Assembly (NCBI GenBank): GCA_947494335.1
Contig: CANLUT010000007.1
Coordinates: 2,037-66,036, forward strand
DNA: 64,000 nucleotides
Direction of reading: 5' to 3'
Origin: Oligoflexales bacterium
Lineage (GTDB): Bacteria > Bdellovibrionota_B > Oligoflexia > Oligoflexales > RGVZ01
The position numbers and the translations under genes are program-made. The notes under the pieces were generated by a model that was not told the DNA's origin, ran no database searches, and saw only the letters and a program-made list of their open reading frames with translations. Positions within the stretch are counted from its first letter, which is position 1; each line of letters begins with the position of its first letter. Of the stretch, positions 18,488 through 28,414 are shown in pieces.

Positions 18488-19981
18488 TTAGTGCGCCGTT
18501 TTATAAGCTTCGGAAAGAGCGGCCACTGTGCCACCAACACATTGCGCGCCTGCTACAGGACACGCGTATGGCGTCGTTAAGTGACCTTCTTTTCCTTGAT
18601 GGTTCATGAAGGTCCCGCGTTTTTCAGCAAATCCCTTAAGTGGGATAATGTGCTTAGCGGATTTAACCTCATCGACCATTCCATTAACTGTCCAGAACGA
18701 AACAAAATCCAACTCAGACAGAGCGATCAAATGAGATTTAAGGCTTGGAAACCCGGATGGAAGCTCAGGCACTAACGCTACAACAACCTTCGCACCAGAT
18801 TTTGCCAATTCTTCGTGCTGATTTCTGGCTTTATCAGCGGTCACTCCATGCCTGTGAAGTGATGCCATCAGACCGGCTGTATTTGCATTGCGGTCGCCGC
18901 GTAGCAATAGACCATCGAAGTCTTCGACTTTTTCTGTTGGTTCACGCCATTGATAGACTTTTTTGACACCAAGTTTACTGACAAAGAAATCAAAAAGTGC
19001 GTCGTACTCTTCATTTGTATATTGGGCAGAAACCAGCAGTGCAATTTCCTCGGGCTTGTGTGTTTTTAGCTTGTGGGCCAAAACCTTTACTGCCTCCGAA
19101 ACCTCTGCATCCCTTCGTTTACCATGATCAACAATGACGGCGACACGCTGGCGTTCCTCGGCATTCAAATGACGATAGGTTCCACGTCCATAGTCACACA
19201 TCCAATGACCATTTTGTTCACCCTCGCGTGGTTTAACACGGTAATAGGTACCAGTTTGTTCCTTACCAAACACATCAACCTGACATCCTGTCGAACAACC
19301 AGGACAGGTGGCCGGTTTTTCTTTCAAAAACCAAACGCGTTGTTTGAATCTAAAGTCTTTGGAGGTAAAGGCACCTACCGGACAAATATCAACTAGGTTG
19401 GTCGTATAACCGTGACTAATTTTCTTTCCGGGATACGTTCCAATGATAGCGTGATCGCCCCGATCAAAGATTCCCAGTGCACCGGTTTTGGTAACTTCTT
19501 TTTCAAACCGCACGCACCGGCTGCAAAGAATACAGCGTTCCGTATCAAGAACCAAATCACCACCAATGTCCAGAGCCTTGGGCTTTAGCACCTTGGGACG
19601 ATCCATTTGGCTCTGATATTTACCTACTGACATATAATAGTTTTGGAGTCCACACTCACCAGCCTGGTCGCAGATTGGACAATCCAGTGGGTGGTTGATC
19701 AGGTGGAATTCAAGAGCCCACTTGTGAGCATCTTTGACTTCATCCGTATCGGTCCTTACCTCCATCCCCTCAGTTGCTTGCAAATTACAAGCGATCTCAA
19801 GCTTAGGGCGACCTTCAATTTTAACTAAACAAAACCGGCACACGCCAGCGACAGAAAGACCCGGATGCCAACAGAAATGCGGAATGGCGATCTTCATCTG
19901 CTGAGCAGCCTGCATTACAGTCGTACCTTTGGGTACAGAAACCGCCTGACCGTTTATTTTGAATGAGACTGTATCGCTCAC
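18488..19981 (-). CDS. nuoG: NADH-quinone oxidoreductase subunit G (short form)
   Basis: IPHFCWH, GVCRFC, NHPLDCPICDQAGEC, CILCSRC, CPGCSTGC. Confidence 0.92.
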   Translation of the reverse strand: MSDTVSFKINGQAVSVPKGTTVMQAAQQMKIAIPHFCWHPGLSVAGVCRFCLVKIEGRPKLEIACNLQATEGMEVRTDTDEVKDAHKWALEFHLINHPLDCPICDQAGECGLQNYYMSVGKYQSQMDRPKVLKPKALDIGGDLVLDTERCILCSRCVRFEKEVTKTGALGIFDRGDHAIIGTYPGKKISHGYTTNLVDICPVGAFTSKDFRFKQRVWFLKEKPATCPGCSTGCQVDVFGKEQTGTYYRVKPREGEQNGHWMCDYGRGTYRHLNAEERQRVAVIVDHGKRRDAEVSEAVKVLAHKLKTHKPEEIALLVSAQYTNEEYDALFDFFVSKLGVKKVYQWREPTEKVEDFDGLLLRGDRNANTAGLMASLHRHGVTADKARNQHEELAKSGAKVVVALVPELPSGFPSLKSHLIALSELDFVSFWTVNGMVDEVKSAKHIIPLKGFAEKRGTFMNHQGKEGHLTTPYACPVAGAQCVGGTVAALSEAYKTAH

Positions 19982-21252
19982 GCCGAAGTACCTCTCTTAA
20001 TATAGTCTCGGATTTCGTCTCCGAATTTTTTTGTTATGGCCATTGTAGGCATCGCAGCGGCATCAGAAAGAGCGCAGATCGTTCGTCCACCCATCTGTTT
20101 TGCCACTGTCCACATTCTATCGACATCAGACTCATGACCAGCCTTGTCGTAAATTCCGCCCATAATGTTTGCAAGCCATCCCGTTCCCTCACGGCAAGGA
20201 GTGCACTGACCACAACTTTCGTGATGATAGAAGTCTGCAATCACCTTCATGATCTTCACCATGCTGACACGGTCATCAATGATCATGATAGCGCCTGAGC
20301 CAAGCATTGAGCCTTTTGCCGCAATGGCCTCGTAATCCATAGTCAGGCCTTTTAATTCTTCTGGAGTTAGAACTGGGGCCGACGCTCCACCTGGAATGCA
20401 GGCCTTCAAAGTCCTTCCAGGAAGCATTCCACCGCAGTCTTCATTCAGAAGCTTTTCAAAAGAGTAGCCTAGAGGAAGCTCATAGACTCCTGGCTTTTTG
20501 ATGGCGCCGGCAATTGAAAATAATTTTGTACCGGGAGACTTCTCGGTACCGATAGCTTTATAAGCGGAGGCGCCATTATTGATAATCCAAGGGACCGCTG
20601 CGAAAGTCTCAGTGTTGTTTACTACAGTTGGCTTACCGAGGTAGCCACTTACAGCTGGGAAAGGAGGCTTTAACTTCGGCTGCCCTTTCTTTCCTTCGAG
20701 TGACGATATCAACCCAGTTTCTTCACCACAAATGTAAGCGCCGGCTCCAGTGTAGTGATCCAAGTCAAAATCAAAACCAGATCCCATGATATTTTTTCCG
20801 AGTAACCCAGCCGCATAGGCTTCCTTGATCGCCGTCTCTAGCCAGCTTATTTCCTCGAAAAACTCGTATCTTGTATAGATATAGCCCTTCGTTGCACCAA
20901 TTGCCTTGGCAGCAATAATCATTCCCTCAACGATCATGTGGGGGCTTAGTTCAGCGATGTAACGATCTTTGAAAGTTCCCGGCTCACCTTCATCGTTATT
21001 GCAAATGAGATAGCGAGGCCCAGGAATATTTTGCGGAACAAAGCTCCATTTCAGACCCGTCGGAAATCCCGCTCCACCTCGACCACGAAGACCAGATTGC
21101 TTCACCTCTTCGATGACCTGAGCAGGCTGCATGGATAATACTTTCTTTAAAGCGGAGTATCCACCCTTTGACTGGTACGTTGACAGCGCGCGACTGTTCG
21201 GCACGCCTTCAAACGCAGTGAGGATTTTTACTTTATCGGTGGAATTTGCCAT
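19978..21252 (-). CDS. nuoF: NADH-quinone oxidoreductase subunit F
   Basis: GLRGRGGAGFPTGLKW, GAGAYICGEET, HESCGQCTPCREG. Confidence 0.97.
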   Translation of the reverse strand: MANSTDKVKILTAFEGVPNSRALSTYQSKGGYSALKKVLSMQPAQVIEEVKQSGLRGRGGAGFPTGLKWSFVPQNIPGPRYLICNNDEGEPGTFKDRYIAELSPHMIVEGMIIAAKAIGATKGYIYTRYEFFEEISWLETAIKEAYAAGLLGKNIMGSGFDFDLDHYTGAGAYICGEETGLISSLEGKKGQPKLKPPFPAVSGYLGKPTVVNNTETFAAVPWIINNGASAYKAIGTEKSPGTKLFSIAGAIKKPGVYELPLGYSFEKLLNEDCGGMLPGRTLKACIPGGASAPVLTPEELKGLTMDYEAIAAKGSMLGSGAIMIIDDRVSMVKIMKVIADFYHHESCGQCTPCREGTGWLANIMGGIYDKAGHESDVDRMWTVAKQMGGRTICALSDAAAMPTMAITKKFGDEIRDYIKRGTSA

Positions 21253-21261
21253 CTAATCACC

Positions 21262-21750
21262 TCACTTCAATGGGGCATATTTTTCGAGAATTTGATCAAC
21301 ATTATCAACAGTCACCTTGTGATGACGGTCTTTATTTACAATGATCGCCGGTGCTTGGTCACAAACCCCTAAACACGGAACGCCGATAACTTCAAACGGA
21401 GCATTGTCTCCATGCTTTTCTTCAAGACGCTTCACATGACCTTCTATCTTCTCAATCAACTCATCTGCACCCATCATGCAGCAAACAATGTTGTCGCAAA
21501 CTTGGATCGGATGTTTACGAGGTTTTTTCTGATAGTAGGCTTTGTAAAAAGTCAAAACTTCTTTCACCTGAACGCGATCAAGGCCGTACGAATTGTTAAG
21601 AGCCTCGATGTGCTTTTCTTCAACCCATCCACACTCATCTTGAATGGCGTGCAAAACAGGCAAAATAGATGTCCGCTTTGTCTCATAGCGCGTGAGTTCT
21701 TTTTTGATTTTTTCCTGAAGACCAGATGAAAACACGTTGCTGTCACTCAT
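21262..21750 (-). CDS. nuoE: NADH-quinone oxidoreductase subunit E
   Basis: LPVLHAIQ, EVLTFY, VCDNIVC, CLGVCDQAP. Confidence 0.93.
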   Translation of the reverse strand: MSDSNVFSSGLQEKIKKELTRYETKRTSILPVLHAIQDECGWVEEKHIEALNNSYGLDRVQVKEVLTFYKAYYQKKPRKHPIQVCDNIVCCMMGADELIEKIEGHVKRLEEKHGDNAPFEVIGVPCLGVCDQAPAIIVNKDRHHKVTVDNVDQILEKYAPLK

Positions 21751-21767
21751 AGTAACTACGTCCTCTA

Positions 21768-23483
21768 TTAACGGTCCAATTCACCGGCGATAATGTTGAT
21801 TGTACCCAAGGTCGCCGCAATATCTGCAATCATGTCTCCTTGAACCAACTCGGAGACTGCCTGGAATATAGCAAAGCAAGGTGGACGACATTTGACGCGG
21901 TAAGGAACACCGCTACCGTCTGAAACAACATAAAAGCCCAACTCACCGTTGGCAGCCTCATAGCCTTGGTATATCTCCCCAGCAGGAACCTTGACACCAT
22001 TGATCACTTGCATGAACTGGTTCATGAGGCCTTCGATATTGCCGTAAACATCTTGCTTGTTCGGCAACACAATCGCTGGATCTTCGACGTCGATCGGACC
22101 GCTTGGAATATTATTTAAACATTGATCAAGGATCCGGCAACTTTCCAAAATCTCTGCCATGCGCACCTGATAACGGTCGTAGCAGTCACCACGATCACCA
22201 ACCGGAACGTCAAACTCCAACTGATCATAGCCATAGTAGGGAGCATACACACGCATATCAAGCGGAACACCTGATCCGCGCAAGCTCGGCCCTGTCCAAC
22301 CCCAGTTAATCGCATTTTCAGCCGACATTTTCCCAACGCCAACCATTCGTTTCACGAAGACGCGGTTTTTTGTACACAGCAAATCAATCTCGCGGTGTGC
22401 CTGACGGATAGCCTTGATAACGTCGCGCGCTTCATCAAACCACCCATCTGGGAAGTCAAAACCCATGCCACCGATTCTTGAAAGAGACACCGTCAAACGG
22501 GCGCCGCAAAGCTTCTCAAACAGAGTGTAAACTCGCTCACGAGCAGAAAATCCAAGCCAGAAGTTGGTGAGTCCACCCAAGTCAACCAAGTTGGTTGTGA
22601 TACAGACGAGGTGATCAATACAACGGCTAAACTCGTCCAAGATTACACGCATGGTTTGGGCTCGTGCAGGAATCGTAATCCCTAGCTGTTTTTCAATCGC
22701 GCGGCACCAAGCGTTGTTATTTATCGGAGCAGAGCAGTAGTTGAGACGGTCAGTGTAAGGAATGATCTGATTGTAGTTGTGATTTTCACACATCTTCTCA
22801 AAGCAGCGGTGGAGATAACCGATTTCAACATCGCACTTTTCTATCGTCTCACCAGATAGCACGGCCATGAATCGAAGAGTTCCATGCGTTGCAGGATGAG
22901 CTGGGCCAATGTTGATCCAAACACGGTCTTCAAGAAAATCGTCTTGAGTTTTAAGCATGCGTTCGCGATCTTTCTCGAACGTGTGATGCATCGGAGTCTT
23001 CAGCTCTTGATTTCGATCTGCAGGGTAGTCTTTTCTAAGAGGGTGTCCGACGAAATCTTCGTGACACAAAATGCGTCGAAGATTCGGGTGACCACTGAAT
23101 TTCAAACCAAATAAGTCAAAGGCCTCGCGTTCAAACCAGTTGGCTGATTTATAAACGGGAGTCAGAGAGGGAATTTCGTCTGTCTCACCAACGCGCGACT
23201 TCATGCGAAGGCGCTGATTGTTATCTGGATTTACAAAGTGGTAAACAACTTCAAAACGCTTGTCACGGTTTTGATAATCGACACCACAGACATCAAGCAA
23301 ATATGGGAACTGCTTTTTAAGGTCACGCGCGACTTCAAGAACATTACTGTGATTTACATAGATGGTATCTTCGTCGGTGAAGCGCTCGTTCTTCACATAC
23401 TCAATTCCAGCTTGAGGAAATTTTGTCTTGAGCTCTTGGCTGAGAGTATCAACATACCGAAGTTGACCAGATGAGTCGTACAT
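21768..23483 (-). CDS. nuoCD: Fused NADH-quinone oxidoreductase subunit C/D
   Basis: NuoC WFEREAFDLFG...GHPLRKDYP fused to NuoD NIGPAHPATHG, GYLHR, GELDR; ATG 23483 has an AGGAG RBS. Confidence 0.95.
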   Translation of the reverse strand: MYDSSGQLRYVDTLSQELKTKFPQAGIEYVKNERFTDEDTIYVNHSNVLEVARDLKKQFPYLLDVCGVDYQNRDKRFEVVYHFVNPDNNQRLRMKSRVGETDEIPSLTPVYKSANWFEREAFDLFGLKFSGHPNLRRILCHEDFVGHPLRKDYPADRNQELKTPMHHTFEKDRERMLKTQDDFLEDRVWINIGPAHPATHGTLRFMAVLSGETIEKCDVEIGYLHRCFEKMCENHNYNQIIPYTDRLNYCSAPINNNAWCRAIEKQLGITIPARAQTMRVILDEFSRCIDHLVCITTNLVDLGGLTNFWLGFSARERVYTLFEKLCGARLTVSLSRIGGMGFDFPDGWFDEARDVIKAIRQAHREIDLLCTKNRVFVKRMVGVGKMSAENAINWGWTGPSLRGSGVPLDMRVYAPYYGYDQLEFDVPVGDRGDCYDRYQVRMAEILESCRILDQCLNNIPSGPIDVEDPAIVLPNKQDVYGNIEGLMNQFMQVINGVKVPAGEIYQGYEAANGELGFYVVSDGSGVPYRVKCRPPCFAIFQAVSELVQGDMIADIAATLGTINIIAGELDR

Positions 23484-23800
23484 GCCTGCTAAGCTCCTTA
23501 AAAAATTCCAAGCCGCGTTGTCTCGACTTGACCTCAATTTAGAGAGGACTCACAAACCTGACAAATGTCAGAATTCAGTGGTGTTTTTGCCAAAAACTAA
23601 CGCTAATACCCTACCACCGGCAGCCGGCATGGGCAAGCAAAGGGATCACCTCCTGGGCGAGCCTATTTTTTAATCAAACGCATTGCTAAAACAACACGTA
23701 TGCGTTTAAGTGTTTCCCGCGGCTTCACGCTGCTATAAAACGTTACCCTTAATGCGACTTCGGGCGCGTGAAAAACCTGCAAACCAAGGATCACACGGTC

Positions 23801-25624
23801 ATGACACAAGCAGCATCAATGTGGCACCGCACCCACACTTTGGGCGAATTAAACAAATCTCATGCGGGGCAGGACGTAATTCTAACCGGATGGATCAATC
23901 GTCACCGAGACCACGGGCAATTTATTTTTCTAGATCTTCGAGACAGATATGGCATCACTCAAGCAGTCGTAGACCCCGAAAAAGCTCCAGCGGCCTACGA
24001 AATCGCGCGCTCACTTAGAGCAGAGTTCGTGGTGGCCATTAAAGGCAAGGTCAATCTACGCCCTGAGGGGATGATCAATAAAAACATGGTCACCGGCGAG
24101 GTAGACATCCTTGTGTCTGACATTCGCATTTTAAACAAATGTGATGTGTTGCCATTTACTGTTCATGATGAATCCGAGGCGTCCGAAACTTTACGTCTAA
24201 AATACAGATACTTGGATCTTCGTCGCCCCACCCTCAAAAGTAACATGATAAGTCGCAGCAAGTTTGTCCGCGAGATGCGTCGAGCCCTTGACGATCGCGG
24301 ATTTATGGACATCGAAACTCCATTTCTCTACAAGTCAACTCCAGAGGGCGCCAGGGAGTTTCTTGTCCCTTCGAGGATTCACACTGGACACTTCTACGCA
24401 CTTCCGCAAAGCCCACAGTTATTCAAGCAAGTTCTGATGATCAGCGGATTCGACCGCTACTATCAGATTGTAAAATGCTTTCGTGATGAAGACCTTCGTG
24501 CCGACCGGCAGCCCGAGTTCACTCAAGTTGATATTGAGATGAGCTTCGTTGACGAAGCTCTGGTGACCAACACTCTCGAAGCCGTCACAAAACAAACCGT
24601 CACAAAATTTTATGATGGGAACGTAAAACTTCCGGAAAAATTTCCTCGACACACGTATGCACAAGTTATGGAAGATTACGGCGTCGACAAACCAGACATG
24701 CGATTCGATTTGAAGCTTAAAAATATCACTGATCTCGCAGCGCAAACTAAGTTCACCATATTTAAAGACGCAGTGGGATCTGGCGGCATTGTGAACTGCA
24801 TCGTCGTCCCGGGCGCAAGTGAGAAATTCAGCCGCAAAGATCTCGATGAACTATCTGAGCTGGCAAAACAGCATGGCGGCAAAGGCCTCGCATGGATCAA
24901 AAAGGCTGCAGGCGCTGGAGTTGCAAGCTGGAGCGGACCGATTGCCAAATTTTTTACAGATGAAAACTGTGCTGCGATTGAGGAGCGGGCCAATATTAAG
25001 CCCAATGACCTAATTCTCTTCGGAGCGGGAGACTACGACTCCACCAAAGCGATGTTAGGTGCTGTGAGAAATAATCTCGGGGCAAAGCTTAAACTCTATG
25101 ACCCGAAAGAGCTTTGTTTCCTTTGGGTCACCGAGTTCCCTCTTCTGGAAAAAGACAAAGAATCAAATCGTTGGCTTGCAAGACACCATCCTTTTACCTC
25201 GCCACGACCCGATGATCTCCACTTAATGAAATCAGATCCTGGGAAGGTTCGCGCCTCGGCCTACGATTTGGTGTTAAACGGTTACGAGATCGCTGGTGGG
25301 TCGATTCGTATTCACGATCCCGATGTGCAGAAACTCCTGTTTGAAACCATCGGACTAACAGAGCAAGAGGCGCAAAGTAAATTTGGATTTCTTTTGGACG
25401 CACTCAAATTCGGAGCGCCTCCCCATGGCGGCATGGCTTTTGGCGTTGACCGAATGGTCATGTGTCTCACAGGTGCAGAAGCGATTCGAGATGTTATCGC
25501 GTTTCCAAAAACCCAAAAAGGCACTTGCCTCATGACAGGTGCCCCGAGCCTTGTATCGAATAACCAACTTAAGGACCTCCATGTCAAAGTTGATGGAGTG
25601 ATCGAAGGAGCCGAACACTTATGA
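23801..25624 (+). CDS. aspS: Aspartate--tRNA ligase
   Basis: RTHTLGEL, RLKYRYLDLRR, STPEGAREF, LPQSPQLFKQ, FRDEDLRADRQPEFTQ, GAPPHGG. Confidence 0.97.
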   Translation: MTQAASMWHRTHTLGELNKSHAGQDVILTGWINRHRDHGQFIFLDLRDRYGITQAVVDPEKAPAAYEIARSLRAEFVVAIKGKVNLRPEGMINKNMVTGEVDILVSDIRILNKCDVLPFTVHDESEASETLRLKYRYLDLRRPTLKSNMISRSKFVREMRRALDDRGFMDIETPFLYKSTPEGAREFLVPSRIHTGHFYALPQSPQLFKQVLMISGFDRYYQIVKCFRDEDLRADRQPEFTQVDIEMSFVDEALVTNTLEAVTKQTVTKFYDGNVKLPEKFPRHTYAQVMEDYGVDKPDMRFDLKLKNITDLAAQTKFTIFKDAVGSGGIVNCIVVPGASEKFSRKDLDELSELAKQHGGKGLAWIKKAAGAGVASWSGPIAKFFTDENCAAIEERANIKPNDLILFGAGDYDSTKAMLGAVRNNLGAKLKLYDPKELCFLWVTEFPLLEKDKESNRWLARHHPFTSPRPDDLHLMKSDPGKVRASAYDLVLNGYEIAGGSIRIHDPDVQKLLFETIGLTEQEAQSKFGFLLDALKFGAPPHGGMAFGVDRMVMCLTGAEAIRDVIAFPKTQKGTCLMTGAPSLVSNNQLKDLHVKVDGVIEGAEHL

Positions 25625-26586
25625 TGTCAACGACACTCAAAACGTCTCTGACTTCATTCCCGATGGGACCACACATCCAGAAATGGATGAATGTGGGTCA
25701 TGACCAGTACAAGGGCCATGGAAACACCAACCCCTCTGCAGAAGAGGTTGCTGTTTTCACGGAAGCATTTCTTGCGCGTCTTGAGGATGGTTCTCCCGAT
25801 CACCGCGATCACCTTGTGGATCTTCTTGAAGAACTGGTGGCAATGAATTTGCCTTTGCTTGCCATCAAATTGGTAGATGCATATCCCGATCTTTTTCCTC
25901 AAGACGATTTTCGTGCACTGCTCCACCTCGGCAATGCCGCAATGCTTGTCAGCGATCTCGCGCGCGCCGAGTCGGCCTTCATCGATGCTCAAAGACTTGT
26001 TCCAGAAGAACCAGCACCCTACGTCAATCTAGTTCAAATCTATTGCCATGACGGACTGATGGATCAAGCGGAGCGCTGGTGCCAAGCAGGTCTTGATGCA
26101 GAGAGTGATAACACGCGACTTTGGGAGTTAATTGCGTGGATTGAGCAACAAAAAACAGGAACAGACGAATTGGACGCAAAAGCTGTTGCTCAGCGCATTC
26201 GCTCTTTAGCGCTCTCCAAAAACTCATGGGCCGGACTATCGTTAGCTAGTGAACTAGAAAATCCGGAAGACGCGCTTTCAAAAGTGGCTGTTCTAGAACC
26301 ATTTTGGAGTGAGGGCTGCAGGGACGATGCGTTTTTAATCGAGTACACAGCGGCACTCGGCATGGCTGGTAAGTACGATAAAATTCCTGCGATTATTTGG
26401 CAGGCTGAAAAGCAAGAAACTAATAAAAAGTTGGCTTGGCAACTTTACCTGCATCTCATTCAATCATTCATGGGACTTGGGCGAGACGACGACGCGAGAG
26501 AAACCTTGAAAAAATTGGAACAACGAAACGACCTGCCAGATGCCGCTGTTAACGTGATCTCCGCTCTCAAAAGCGAGCTAGGCTGA
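25621..26586 (+). CDS. TPR-containing hypothetical protein
   Basis: ALLHLGNAAM...AESAF...PEEPAPYVNL TPR pattern; ATGA overlap with the aspS stop. Confidence 0.7.
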   Translation: MMSTTLKTSLTSFPMGPHIQKWMNVGHDQYKGHGNTNPSAEEVAVFTEAFLARLEDGSPDHRDHLVDLLEELVAMNLPLLAIKLVDAYPDLFPQDDFRALLHLGNAAMLVSDLARAESAFIDAQRLVPEEPAPYVNLVQIYCHDGLMDQAERWCQAGLDAESDNTRLWELIAWIEQQKTGTDELDAKAVAQRIRSLALSKNSWAGLSLASELENPEDALSKVAVLEPFWSEGCRDDAFLIEYTAALGMAGKYDKIPAIIWQAEKQETNKKLAWQLYLHLIQSFMGLGRDDDARETLKKLEQRNDLPDAAVNVISALKSELG

Positions 26587-26826
26587 TCGTCAAAAGCAAA
26601 CCGGCGGCTAGCTGCTGGCCTAAAATATTTCTCAATAAATACAGGTGTTTATTTTTCCTTCACGTATCAATACTTAGGAAGCGAACCAGCACCTGACCGT
26701 TAATATATTTAATTATATCAATGATTTTATGCAAAGTGGTTGACATTTGATACCAAACGCGCTAACTCAGCGCTTGAAAGCGACATAATTCTATTGATTT
26801 TATAGAATCCACCTGGAGCCCCGCCC

Positions 26827-28320
26827 ATGAAAGCTTTAGTCGTCGATGATGATAGCACTCTGCGTCTCGTACTTCGCACCGTACTTGAGAAAAGAGGCTT
26901 TAAGGTTCTAGAGGCAGAAGATGGGCAAATGGGGCTTGAGCTCGTCCAGCGCCATCCCGATATCGGAGTCGCAATTCTTGATGTGAACATGCCGCGTATG
27001 AACGGTCTTGAGGCACTAGCCAAAATAAAGGCTATCAACGCCTCGATTTTTTGTTTGATCGCTACCGCATACTCCAACATGAACGATGCGATCACCGCAA
27101 TTAAACACGGCGCCTATGATTATCTTCAAAAGCCAGTGGATCCGGATCGACTGGCAAAGCTACTCGACAAGGCCACATCAGCAAACAACATGATCCTAGA
27201 GGCTAGCTTTTCCGCGCCTAAACTAGACTTTGATGAAGGTCGAAGCATCATCGGTGGAAGTTCTCAACTGAAACAAGTGTTCGACGTTATCTACAAGCTA
27301 GCTCGCGTCGACACATCGGTATTGATTCGAGGCGAGAGCGGGACGGGCAAAGAACTCGTGGCTCGCGCTTTACACTTCAACAGTCATCGTAAACATGGTC
27401 CATTCGTTGCCATCAACTGTGCGGCAATTCCAGAGTCTTTGCTGGAGAGTGAACTATTTGGACACGAAAAGGGCGCATTTACAGGAGCGGACAAACGAAA
27501 AGTTGGTAAATTCGGTCTGGCCGAAGGCGGAACATTGTTCCTTGACGAGATTGGAGACATCAGTCCCGCCACTCAGGTGAAGTTGTTACGAGTTTTACAA
27601 GAACGAACATATACACCAGTAGGTAGCGGCCAGGAAATCAAAGCAGATGTCCGAATCGTGGCAGCCACACACAAACCATTAGAAAAAATGGTTGAAAAAG
27701 GGGAGTTCAGATCAGACCTTTTCTTCCGTTTAAATGTGCTACCCATTACTTTGCCTCCACTTCGCGATCGTAAAGAAGACATCCATTTGTTGTGTCAATA
27801 TTTGATCAAGAAGTTTAACAAGTCACATAAACGCAAAGTTACCTCAATAAGCGAACAAGCGATGAAGTTACTGATGGCTCATCAGTGGCCCGGAAATATT
27901 CGCGAGCTTGAAAACGCCATCGAACGCGCCTTCATTATGGAGTCTGGTGATACGCTTCAAGCAGAGGCCTTCGACTTGCAAGCATCATCACAAGGAATGT
28001 TGATACCTGCATCATCCCCAAGCGCAATGAAGCAATTACAATTCGTGACGTCTACGAGCTCAACTCCGAAATTGGAATTACCAGCTCAAATTGAACCGAT
28101 TACAAAAATCAACGATAAGAGCAGCCTTATACCCGATGGTCAGGAATTGAATTTCCCAATATTAAGAGAGCGTTTTGAGAGGGAATTTATCATCAAAGCT
28201 CTAACTGCGTACCGTGGCAGGATCAATCAGACGGCTGAGGCGACCCAGATGACCAAGGTTACGCTCCTTAGGAAACTGGAAAAATATGGCATAGATGCCA
28301 AAGATTACTTCAAGATTTAA
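26827..28320 (+). CDS. sigma54-dependent response regulator (NtrC/AtoC family enhancer-binding protein)
   Basis: REC domain (VVDDD, LDVNMP), [29 protein letters not shown]-terminal Fis-type HTH. Confidence 0.95.
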   Translation: MKALVVDDDSTLRLVLRTVLEKRGFKVLEAEDGQMGLELVQRHPDIGVAILDVNMPRMNGLEALAKIKAINASIFCLIATAYSNMNDAITAIKHGAYDYLQKPVDPDRLAKLLDKATSANNMILEASFSAPKLDFDEGRSIIGGSSQLKQVFDVIYKLARVDTSVLIRGESGTGKELVARALHFNSHRKHGPFVAINCAAIPESLLESELFGHEKGAFTGADKRKVGKFGLAEGGTLFLDEIGDISPATQVKLLRVLQERTYTPVGSGQEIKADVRIVAATHKPLEKMVEKGEFRSDLFFRLNVLPITLPPLRDRKEDIHLLCQYLIKKFNKSHKRKVTSISEQAMKLLMAHQWPGNIRELENAIERAFIMESGDTLQAEAFDLQASSQGMLIPASSPSAMKQLQFVTSTSSTPKLELPAQIEPITKINDKSSLIPDGQELNFPILRERFEREFIIKALTAYRGRINQTAEATQMTKVTLLRKLEKYGIDAKDYFKI

Positions 28321-28354
28321 TGGTTACCATAATTTTCGCGAAGCACGCCCTAGC

Positions 28355-28363
28355 ATGCTATAA
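28355..28363 (+). promoter_or_regulatory. Extended -10 sigma70 promoter
   Basis: TGC-TATAAT ~50 nt upstream of ATG 28415. Confidence 0.5.
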
Positions 28364-28414
28364 TTAAGAGATAAAATCTCAAAAATTTGTGCATGTTGGA
28401 AGCCTGGTTCGCTC

